The translations under genes were made by a program, and so were the position numbers. From Chloroflexota bacterium (GTDB taxonomy: Bacteria; Chloroflexota; Limnocylindria; Limnocylindrales; CSP1-4): a stretch of 64,000 nt of DNA. A model generated the notes under the pieces. That model searched no databases. It was not told the origin of the DNA and worked only from the letters and a program-made list of their open reading frames with translations. The stretch covers positions 920-64,919 of the forward strand of contig JAXDKU010000003.1 in the NCBI GenBank assembly GCA_034667005.1, given 5' to 3'. Below, piece after piece: positions 38,557-46,758 of this stretch. Every line of letters begins with the position of its first letter. Within the stretch, counting starts at the first letter, position 1.

Positions 38557-39557
38557 TGGACCGCCGCCGGGTCGCCCTTGCGCTCGTCGGCGTGGGCATC
38601 AGCGTCGTCGCATTCGCCGTGCTGGCGCAGGCCGTCGACCTCCGGCGGACGCTGGACATCCTCTCGCGGACCGATCCGGTTCCGCTGCTGGCTGCCTTGG
38701 TCGTCGTCGCCGTGCAGCTCGGCCTGCGCTCCATCCGCTGGGCTCTCCTGCTCCCTTCGGTCGCATCGGGTCGCATCCCCGCGCGGCGGATCGCGCCGGT
38801 GCTCCTCGTGGGCTACCTCGGCAACATCGCCCTGCCGGCGCGGCTCGGCGAGGTGGTCCGCGCCTACCTCGTCTCGCGGCGGGAGCCCGTCGCGTTCAGC
38901 CTGAGCCTCGGGACGGTGGTGCTGGAGCGCGTCATGGACCTCGCCACGCTCGCCCTCGTGGGCTTCGTGGCGGCCGTGCTCGCCGGAGGCCCCGCGTGGA
39001 TCTTGAGCGGGACGGCGGTCGTGGCCCTGCTGGGCCTGGCGGTGACGGCCTTCCTCGTGGTCGTCGGCCTCGCGCGTCTGGTCGGCTGGGCGCAGCGGCT
39101 CGTCGCCGGCACATCCCGGAGAGTGGCCGGGCTGGCGGCGTTGCTGGTCCGCTTCGGTGAGGGCGCAGGGGCGCAGCCGCGAGCCGCGATCGCAACCGCT
39201 CTGGCGATCAGCGTCGCCTGCTGGCTTCTGGACGGCACCACGTTCTGGCTGGCCGGACGCGCGCTCGGCGTGGACGTGGCCTGGCCGTCGGCCCTGTTGA
39301 TCGCGGCGGTCACGGTGCTCGGGACGGCGATTCCGTCCGCGCCCGGGTACGTCGGCACGTTCGAGCTCGCCGCGGTCGCCGCCGCGAACGCCCTCGGAAT
39401 CGCGTCGGAGCCGGCGCTGGCCATGGCCGTGCTGGCGCACGTGATGACGACGGTCCCGCTCGCGGTGGGTGGCGCGATCGCGCTCGTCGCCATGAGCGTG
39501 TCGCTGAAGTCGGTGAGCGCCGCTGCCTCGGCCCGTCGCGAGGAGGGGTTGTCGTGA
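38556..39557 (+). CDS. flippase-like integral membrane protein (UPF0104/LPG-synthase-TM family)
   Basis: ~8 TM helices. The ATG overlaps the GT2 stop. This family is commonly paired with Dol-P/Und-P sugar synthases. Confidence 0.68.
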   Translation: MDRRRVALALVGVGISVVAFAVLAQAVDLRRTLDILSRTDPVPLLAALVVVAVQLGLRSIRWALLLPSVASGRIPARRIAPVLLVGYLGNIALPARLGEVVRAYLVSRREPVAFSLSLGTVVLERVMDLATLALVGFVAAVLAGGPAWILSGTAVVALLGLAVTAFLVVVGLARLVGWAQRLVAGTSRRVAGLAALLVRFGEGAGAQPRAAIATALAISVACWLLDGTTFWLAGRALGVDVAWPSALLIAAVTVLGTAIPSAPGYVGTFELAAVAAANALGIASEPALAMAVLAHVMTTVPLAVGGAIALVAMSVSLKSVSAAASARREEGLS

Positions 39558-39587
39558 CGCGCACGAGTGGGTACCGGGAGCACAACT

Positions 39588-39627
39588 GACTCTCCGGCGG
39601 GAGAGTCGGCGGCGTCGACGCCGCCGC
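39588..39627. terminator. tandem GC-rich hairpins between convergent genes (putative bidirectional terminator)
   Basis: GACTCTCC-ggcg-GGAGAGTC (8-bp stem) is immediately followed by the perfect palindrome GGCGGCGTC/GACGCCGCC. Confidence 0.45.
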
Positions 39628-39641
39628 CGGATGACGCTGGG

Positions 39642-41021
39642 CTAGACGTCCTGCGAGAAATCGCCTTCGGGAGCGCTCGGCGACAACGCGTCGTCTTCGA
39701 GGTTCCCGGCGCGCAGGAGCACCTCGGCCAATGCTCGTGCTGCGCCGGTGGCCGTGCCATCGAGCCGCAGCGCCTCCCGAAGCGAGGTCGCGGCTGCCTC
39801 CAGGAGCCCCTGGTTGGCGAGGAGCCGGCCAAGGTGGCCGTGGACCCATGCCAGCTGCGGATCCACGTCGATGGCGTCCTGTGCAGCCAGCACCGCGGCG
39901 TCGGTGCGTCCCTGGCGGTGCAGGGCCATGCTCACCATGCCGCGATAGCCCGCGACGTCCGGAGCGAGCTCCACGGCCCGCCGGAACTCCGCCTCGGCCT
40001 CTTCCGGGCGTCCGTCGCCAAGGAGCGCGATCCCATGCGCGTGGTGGAGCCGTGGCTCGTCCGGGGCCATGGCCAACGCCTCGACCGCGACCGATGCCGC
40101 TTCGCTCTTCGCGTCGGCGGCGGCGAGGGCAAGCACGATCGAGGCGAGCTCGCCGCCGAGCCGCGGTACCCGCATGGCGGCGGCCCATGCGAGCCGGTCC
40201 ATCGCCATCACGGTTCCGGTCCGTATGGCGTCAGCGGTACCCGCGGGATCCGCGGCAAGGCGGCCCCAAAGCGCGGCCTGCGGCGATTCCCGGGGGCCGA
40301 CTGCCACGCGCAGGCTCGCAGGCCAACGCTCCGAGTCCTCGGCGGCGTGGAGCCAGGCACTCAGCGGGGGAGGGCCCCATCCGGTCGTCGTCCGCCAGCT
40401 CGCGCGGAAATGCAGCGCTGTCGCTGATTCGACGTACGCCAGGTTCGTGCCGCCCGCCGGACGCAGGATCCGCTTCCAATACTCCCAGTCGCCGCCCTTG
40501 CGAAACTCGACCGGCCAGTCGCCGAATCGCGCGATGCACGAGCGCCGGTACACCACGCACGAAGCGGGCAGGGTGTTGAACCGGGTCAGGAAGTGATCGA
40601 GCTCCTCGCGCAGACGGAGATCCACGGCGAACGGCACCATCGTCCCGTCGTCGGAGACCCAGACGGGCCGGCTGTACGCCCAGTCCACGTCGGACGGCTC
40701 AAACGCCTTGTCCATCAGTTCCAGGTGATCGTTCAGCAGCAGATCGTCGTGTGCGGCGAACGCCATCAGCTCCCCGCGAGCCTCGCGAAGCGCAACGTTG
40801 CGATTCGCGTAGCCGAAGTTCGGCGCCTTCGGCAGGTCGAACCACCGGATTCGCGGGTCGCGGAAGGCCTGCACGACGGCGGCCGTGCCGTCGGTGCAGC
40901 CATCGCCGACGATGAGGAGCTCGAAATCCTCGAGCGTCTGGGCGAGCACCGAGCGAATGGCGTAGCCGACGACGTCCGCACGGTTGTGCGTCGGCATCAG
41001 GACGCTGAAGCGCGGATTCAC
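39642..41021 (-). CDS. GT2 glycosyltransferase fused to C-terminal TPR repeats
   Basis: FSVLMPTHNRAD...LIVGDGCTDGT is a GT2 N-terminus. The C-terminal ~200 aa show TPR-like A/L-rich repeats. The GTG at 41021 was chosen to avoid overlap with rfbC. Confidence 0.78.
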   Translation of the reverse strand: MNPRFSVLMPTHNRADVVGYAIRSVLAQTLEDFELLIVGDGCTDGTAAVVQAFRDPRIRWFDLPKAPNFGYANRNVALREARGELMAFAAHDDLLLNDHLELMDKAFEPSDVDWAYSRPVWVSDDGTMVPFAVDLRLREELDHFLTRFNTLPASCVVYRRSCIARFGDWPVEFRKGGDWEYWKRILRPAGGTNLAYVESATALHFRASWRTTTGWGPPPLSAWLHAAEDSERWPASLRVAVGPRESPQAALWGRLAADPAGTADAIRTGTVMAMDRLAWAAAMRVPRLGGELASIVLALAAADAKSEAASVAVEALAMAPDEPRLHHAHGIALLGDGRPEEAEAEFRRAVELAPDVAGYRGMVSMALHRQGRTDAAVLAAQDAIDVDPQLAWVHGHLGRLLANQGLLEAAATSLREALRLDGTATGAARALAEVLLRAGNLEDDALSPSAPEGDFSQDV

Positions 41022-41028
41022 CCTCGGG

Positions 41029-41613
41029 TTACCAGCCAGGCGCGCCCCCGAACGAGTGGGGGATGAGCGGTGTGTCGAGCGGAAGCCGGTACTTGTCGGG
41101 GTTGGCATGATCGAACGGCACGGTCGGGAAGTTGATGCCGACGAGGTCCGTTGTCCCGAAATTGCGCGTGGCATGCCAGACGAGCGCCGGGATGTTCATG
41201 AGGCCCCGTTGCATCTCCGACACGCTGATCCTGGAGAGCATCCCGCAGGTCGATGAGTCAGGGCGGACGTCGTAGAGAACGACCTCTCCTTCACCCTGGA
41301 GGATGAAGTACCGGTCCTCGTGCGCCTTGTGCGCGGCCCAGCCCTTGGCGTGGCCCGGGCGGACGGTGAACGCGTACACGTACACCAGCGGATCCTCGTG
41401 CCATTCCCAGCGAGGGTCGTACATCTCCACCAACGAACCCCGGTCGTCCACGTGCGTGACCGCTGGTCGGATGGAGACGCCGTCCGGCAGCCGGGCCGTG
41501 AGCGTGCCCTTTGGCGTGACCGTCTGCGCATCCCTGATGGCTGCACCAAGGGTCAGCTGCGCCAGGTCGCCCGGCGCAAGAGGAAGGTCGTCCGGGGCAG
41601 GAAAGTCAGGCAA
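41029..41613 (-). CDS. rfbC: dTDP-4-dehydrorhamnose 3,5-epimerase
   Basis: Cupin fold with the RmlC-like pattern (RGLHY-like RGSLVEMY, HAKGW...FILQGEGEVVLYD). Confidence 0.78.
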   Translation of the reverse strand: MPDFPAPDDLPLAPGDLAQLTLGAAIRDAQTVTPKGTLTARLPDGVSIRPAVTHVDDRGSLVEMYDPRWEWHEDPLVYVYAFTVRPGHAKGWAAHKAHEDRYFILQGEGEVVLYDVRPDSSTCGMLSRISVSEMQRGLMNIPALVWHATRNFGTTDLVGINFPTVPFDHANPDKYRLPLDTPLIPHSFGGAPGW

Positions 41614-41681
41614 TCCAGGATCACCTCCGAGGTGTGAGAGGACGTCTCACGCGGGACGAATGGGCGGCTGGTCCATGATAG

Positions 41682-44228
41682 GTGACGGTCATCGAGGCTC
41701 GGCGACCCGGCCTCCGTCGCGTCGCGCCGCAGATGAGGGAGACAGCGTTGAGGCTCGCACGGACGGCCCGAGCGGGCCGCCTCATGGCGCACCGGCTGCT
41801 GGCGCATCAGGGCTGGGTGCCGTGGCATAACCCGCTGTTCGATCGCGACTGGTACCGGGATCGCTACAGCGACGTCCGGTTGAAGGGCGCGAATCCCGAG
41901 CGGCACTATCGCCGCCATGGCTTCCGCGAGGGTCGCGACCCCAACCCGTGGTTCAGCACGGCCTGGTACCTCGAGACCTACGCCGACGTTGCGGACAGCG
42001 CCGAGAACCCGCTCGACCACTACTACCTGTACGGCGCGAGCGAAGGGCGCAACCCGGGTCCGTCGTTCGATACGACGTGGTACCTGGACCAATACCCGGA
42101 CGTGCGCGCCTCGGGGATGAACCCGCTGCTCCACTATCTCGAGCACGGTGCCCGGGAAGGACGCATCCGCGCGCCGGGCGCCCGGGTGGTTCGGTCGATG
42201 CCGGGACCTTCAGCCGACGCGGCGGGCTGGGATTCCAGGCTCGTCCTCGTCGTCCATGACGCGCACGACCACGGAGCGCAGCAGAACGCGCTGCACATGG
42301 CCCGGACGCTGTTCGAGCACTTCCACGTTCGCCTGGACATCCTCCTGCTCGGGCCCGGCGCGCTCCGGCCGTCACTCGGACGGTACGGCACCCTCCACGA
42401 CCTCAATGGCGTCGACGCCGCGACCATCGATGCGCTGTTGCGGCAGCTGCGCTCGGATGGCGTCGAAGCGGCGCTCGTGAACACGACGGTCGCAGGCCGG
42501 TTGGCGCCACTCCTCGCGCGCGCCGGGTTCCGCGTCGTGACGCTCGTGCACGAGCTGCCGGGCATCATTCGCGACTACGGACTGGAAGATGTTGCGCGGG
42601 ATGTCGTTGCCTTTTCCGATGCGGTCGTCTTCCCGACTGAGAATGCGCGCGACCGGTTCGCGACGATCGGTGGTGAGCTCGGCTCGAAGGCGCGCGTGAA
42701 GCCCCAGGGCCTGTACAAGCGGCCCGAGCTGCCCGACGATCCGGTCGCCTCGCGCCGGAGCGTCATGGACGACCTTGGCCTCGCACACGCGCAGCCGATG
42801 GTGCTCGCTGTGGGGTTCGCCGATCTCCGGAAGGGATTCGACCTGTTCATCGAGGCGTACGTACGGTCGAAGGTGGCGATGCCGGAGGCCGCCTTCGTGT
42901 GGCTCGGATGCGAGAACGACGCGCTCCGCCAGCGGTACGAGCGCGGCGCGCGACGTCTGGGCATGGACGACACCCTGCGGCTGCTGCCGCGTGTCCCCGA
43001 TGTCGGACGCTATTACGCGGCGGCCGACCTCGTTCTCCTGCCATCACGGGAAGATCCCTACCCGTCCGTGGTTCTCGAGGCATTGAGCCACGGCCGTCCC
43101 GTCATCGCCTTCGATGGCGCGACCGGCGCCACCGACCTGCTGCGGCGAGGGGCGGGCGTCGTCGTGCCCTATCTGGACGTCGGGGCGATGAGCGCTGCCG
43201 CCGTCGAGCTGCTCAAGGACGGACCGACGCGCGACCGCCTCGGTTCGACCGGGAGGCAGATCGTGGCGGATGAGTACGACTGGCTGGACTATCTGCACGC
43301 CTTGCTCGAGCTTCTCGGTCAGCCGAGGGCGCGCGTGTCGGTGGTGGTGCCCAATTACAACTACGCGCGGTACCTGCCAGAACGCCTGGAGAGCATCTTT
43401 CGACAGTCATACCCGGTCCGCGAGGTGATCGTCCCCGATGACGCCTCCACGGATGACAGCCTCGCCACGCTGGCAGAGCTGCGGTCGATGCGCGGCTGGG
43501 AGATGGACGTCGTGCCGTCCGAGAGCAACTCGGGATCGGTGTTCCGACAGTGGCTGCGGGGAGTGGAGCGGTCGAAGGGTGAGCTCGTGTGGATCGCCGA
43601 AGCCGACGACGTCGCCCACCCCGGTTTCCTGGCCGCGCTGGTTCCGCTGTTCTCGGATGGAGATGTGGCGCTGGCGTACGCGCAGTCGTCCCAGATCGAC
43701 GCCGAGGGCAGGCGCCTCGCAAACGACTACCTGAACTACGTCGCCGACGTGGACCCGCAGAAGTGGCGTCACTCGTGGAAGCGCGGTGGACGTCAGGAGA
43801 TCGTCGAGAGCCTGGCGATCCGGAACACGATCCCGAATGTCAGCGCAGTGCTGTTCGATCGCGCGCGTCTCCTCGACGCGCTGCGTACCCATCTCGACGC
43901 GATAACCGGCTTCAAGATCGCCGGGGACTATGCCGTGTACTTCCACATGCTGAAGGGCGACGCAAGCGTCGCCTTCGTGAGCGACACGCTCAACGACCAT
44001 CGTCGGCACGACAAAGGGGTCACGGTCGGGTCGTTCGGCCCTGCGGTCGTCGAGGAGATCGCGAGGATGCAGGAGGCGATCGCTTCCGAGGTCGCGATTC
44101 CGGAGGAGACGGCTCGGCGCGCCAGGGGTTACCTGCGCGAGCTCGTGCAGCAATTCGATCTGCCGGACGACTTCGTCGACCGCCTGCCGAGCTCCCGATC
44201 GCGCCGGGATGGAATTGGGGCATCCTAG
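41682..44228 (+). CDS. bifunctional GT4-GT2 glycosyltransferase with N-terminal tandem-repeat domain
   Basis: Three ~38-aa repeats ([FW]FDxxWYLxxYPDVxxSGxNPLxHYxxxGxxEGRxPxP) at 41835-42176. GT4 motif EDPYPSVVLEALSHGRPVIAFD. GT2 motif VSVVVPNYNYARYL...DDASTDDS. Confidence 0.8.
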   Translation: MTVIEARRPGLRRVAPQMRETALRLARTARAGRLMAHRLLAHQGWVPWHNPLFDRDWYRDRYSDVRLKGANPERHYRRHGFREGRDPNPWFSTAWYLETYADVADSAENPLDHYYLYGASEGRNPGPSFDTTWYLDQYPDVRASGMNPLLHYLEHGAREGRIRAPGARVVRSMPGPSADAAGWDSRLVLVVHDAHDHGAQQNALHMARTLFEHFHVRLDILLLGPGALRPSLGRYGTLHDLNGVDAATIDALLRQLRSDGVEAALVNTTVAGRLAPLLARAGFRVVTLVHELPGIIRDYGLEDVARDVVAFSDAVVFPTENARDRFATIGGELGSKARVKPQGLYKRPELPDDPVASRRSVMDDLGLAHAQPMVLAVGFADLRKGFDLFIEAYVRSKVAMPEAAFVWLGCENDALRQRYERGARRLGMDDTLRLLPRVPDVGRYYAAADLVLLPSREDPYPSVVLEALSHGRPVIAFDGATGATDLLRRGAGVVVPYLDVGAMSAAAVELLKDGPTRDRLGSTGRQIVADEYDWLDYLHALLELLGQPRARVSVVVPNYNYARYLPERLESIFRQSYPVREVIVPDDASTDDSLATLAELRSMRGWEMDVVPSESNSGSVFRQWLRGVERSKGELVWIAEADDVAHPGFLAALVPLFSDGDVALAYAQSSQIDAEGRRLANDYLNYVADVDPQKWRHSWKRGGRQEIVESLAIRNTIPNVSAVLFDRARLLDALRTHLDAITGFKIAGDYAVYFHMLKGDASVAFVSDTLNDHRRHDKGVTVGSFGPAVVEEIARMQEAIASEVAIPEETARRARGYLRELVQQFDLPDDFVDRLPSSRSRRDGIGAS

Positions 44229-44298
44229 CGAGCCGGCGAATGAGCAGGATCCACGGCAGACCGGCGGGGCATCTCACCCGGAGGGGCATCGCAACTCG

Positions 44299-45264
44299 AT
44301 GACACGGCTTGGGCGGATCGAAACGGCGGACGACACCCGGATCTCGGGATGGGCGTTCGACACGGACGCTGATGGATGCCTCGTCGAGCTGATGCTCGAC
44401 GGCCGTCCGTTCGTGAGCGTCCACGCCGACCTGGCACGACCCGACGTGGCGAGGGAGTACGGCCACGAGCGGTCCGGGTTCGTGTTCCGCATCGGAACCG
44501 CCCTTGCTGACCTCATCCCCTCTGGATCCAAGGTCAGCGCCCGGTTCGCGACCGGGGAGCCCCTGGGCTTGCAATCCGGGCTCGCATCGATTGGGCGAGC
44601 CACACCGGACCTGTTCACGCGCCTCGCCCGCGGCTGGCGAGTGAGCCCCAAGAGTGGCGACGCCTACTGGCCGATCGGCAACAGTACGACGTGGACGACC
44701 TCCCTCGGCCCGACCTACCAGCGGGCGCGTGAGGTGTTCACATCGGAGCTCGGGCGCGACCTCTTCGCTGCGTACGGGTCGCTGCTCGGGCTCGTCCGCG
44801 AGGGTCGGTTCCTGGCGCACGACGATGACTTCGACGCCGCTTTCCTCTCGACCGGAACGACCGTCGAGACCGTGGCGGAGGACCTGGTCGGCGTCGCGAA
44901 ACGACTCCTCGACCTCGGCCTGGACGTGCGGCTGCTGAACCAGGGAAGCTTCCACCTCAAGCTGGCCGGCACCGGCCCGATCCTCGACATCTTCGTCTTC
45001 GCGCGAGTGGACGAGCGGATGCTGGCCTACCAGGTGTTCCGGCCGGTCCCGTCAGGGGCGCTGGATCCGACGGGCGAGATCGTCCACGACGGGGTCTCGT
45101 ACGCCGCGCCGCGGGATACGGACGCGGTACTCACGGCCATCTACGGCAGCCGCTGGCGGATACCGGACCCGCACTTCCAATGGCGGCCGGACGCCGAAAC
45201 CGCCGAGACAATGGCAAAGCTCCAACGCGCGATCGCGGCCGCCCGCGCACAGGTCGGGATCTGA
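44299..45264 (+). CDS. LicD-family phosphotransferase-like protein
   Basis: LicD signature GSLLGLVREGRFLAHDDDFDAAF and a second DxD motif. Confidence 0.7.
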   Translation: MTRLGRIETADDTRISGWAFDTDADGCLVELMLDGRPFVSVHADLARPDVAREYGHERSGFVFRIGTALADLIPSGSKVSARFATGEPLGLQSGLASIGRATPDLFTRLARGWRVSPKSGDAYWPIGNSTTWTTSLGPTYQRAREVFTSELGRDLFAAYGSLLGLVREGRFLAHDDDFDAAFLSTGTTVETVAEDLVGVAKRLLDLGLDVRLLNQGSFHLKLAGTGPILDIFVFARVDERMLAYQVFRPVPSGALDPTGEIVHDGVSYAAPRDTDAVLTAIYGSRWRIPDPHFQWRPDAETAETMAKLQRAIAAARAQVGI

Positions 45265-45888
45265 GTGGCGGGCACGGCGGCGACGAGCGTCGACTATTGG
45301 AACCGCTTCTACGCGCGGTGGCGGCACACGCTCCCGTCGCAGTTCGCGGCACTCGTCGCGTCGGAGCTCGCGCCAGCGACGCTGGTGGTGGACATCGGCT
45401 GCGGCAACGGCCGCGACACCTTCTTCTTCGCCCGCAGCGGCTTCCCCACCATCGGGATCGACCGCTCGTCCGTGTCGATCGAGGCCAACGCGCGCATGCG
45501 GTCTGCCGGTGACGTGCGCTTCATCAACGCGGACATCACGGCGTGCGACCTTGCCGCGCTGATGCCGCCGCACGAGCGGGCGTGCTTCTACGCGCGGTTC
45601 TTCCTGCACGCCATCGACGACGCGACCGAGGATGCACTGCTCGGCCGGCTTGCCGAGATCCCCGAGGGAAGCCTGCTCTGCCTCGAGTTCCGGACGCTCG
45701 CCGACGAGGCGACGGCGAAGACCTTCGGCGACCACGACCGGCGCTACATCGACCACGAGGCGCTGGTGCGCGCTCTGCCGGCCCGGGGCTTCCAGGTCGA
45801 CTACGAGCGGCAGGGCCGCGGCATGGCCAAGTTCCGCGACGAGGACCCCTACGTCGGCCGCATCCTCGCGAGCAAGGTCGCCGGCTGA
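45265..45888 (+). CDS. class I SAM-dependent methyltransferase
   Basis: VVDIGCGNGRD motif I. The GTG start follows the upstream stop. Confidence 0.7.
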   Translation: MAGTAATSVDYWNRFYARWRHTLPSQFAALVASELAPATLVVDIGCGNGRDTFFFARSGFPTIGIDRSSVSIEANARMRSAGDVRFINADITACDLAALMPPHERACFYARFFLHAIDDATEDALLGRLAEIPEGSLLCLEFRTLADEATAKTFGDHDRRYIDHEALVRALPARGFQVDYERQGRGMAKFRDEDPYVGRILASKVAG

Positions 45889-45901
45889 CAGGCGCGACGG
45901 A

Positions 45902-46711
45902 TCACTGCTTCAGGATCTCTTCCTGGTAGTAGGTCGCCGCATCCTCGGTGCTGCCGTTGAAGACGAGCCGCCCCTGGTCCAGGACCATGGCGCTGTCGGA
46001 GAGCGTGCGGACGGAGCCCATGTTGTGGCTCACGAACAGCACCGTGCGGCCCTCCTGCACGAGACGCCGGATGCGCTGCTGGCACTTCTGCTGGAAGGCT
46101 GCGTCGCCGACGGCCAGCACCTCGTCGATCAGCATGATCTCGGCGGCCATGTGCGCCGACACGCTGAACGCCAGCCGCAGGTACATGCCGCTCGAGTAGT
46201 GCTTCACGGGTGTGTCCAGGAAGCGCCCGATCTCCGCGAACTCGATGATCTCGGACTCGACGGACGCGATCTCCTCGCGGCTCATGCCCAGGATCGCGCC
46301 GCTCAGGCCGATGTTGTCGCGCCCGCTGAGCTCCGGATGGAACCCCGTGCCAACCTGGAGAAGCGCACCCACGCGTCCGCGCGTCTCCGCCCAGCCCTCG
46401 GTCGGCGAGGTGACGCGGGCAAGGATCTTCATGAGCGTGCTCTTGCCCGAGCCGTTGCGGCCGAGGACGCCCAGCACGTGGCCCTGCGGCACCTCGAAGC
46501 CCACCTCGCGGAGCGCCCAGACCTCCGGGTGCGGGTCCACGGACCGAGTGCGGGATCCGACCAGCCTGCCGAGGCGGTCGTACAGGCCGCCGTCCGGCGC
46601 CGCGCCGATGTCGTAGCGCTTCCCCAGACCACGGACGCGCACGGCCGGCTCGGCGGTCGATGCCGGCCCGGCTGTGGATGCCGGCTCGCCGGTGAACCCG
46701 GGGTCGGCCAT
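45902..46711 (-). CDS. polysaccharide ABC transporter ATP-binding protein (Wzt/TagH-like)
   Basis: Walker A GRNGSGKST, the LSGG-like signature HYSSGM and Walker B LIDEVLAVGD. The ATG at 46711 was chosen to avoid overlap with the upstream gene. Confidence 0.85.
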   Translation of the reverse strand: MADPGFTGEPASTAGPASTAEPAVRVRGLGKRYDIGAAPDGGLYDRLGRLVGSRTRSVDPHPEVWALREVGFEVPQGHVLGVLGRNGSGKSTLMKILARVTSPTEGWAETRGRVGALLQVGTGFHPELSGRDNIGLSGAILGMSREEIASVESEIIEFAEIGRFLDTPVKHYSSGMYLRLAFSVSAHMAAEIMLIDEVLAVGDAAFQQKCQQRIRRLVQEGRTVLFVSHNMGSVRTLSDSAMVLDQGRLVFNGSTEDAATYYQEEILKQ

Positions 46712-46758
46712 CGACACCGGGTCGGCCGGCACCGCGCGGTCGGCCGCGCTGGACTGGG

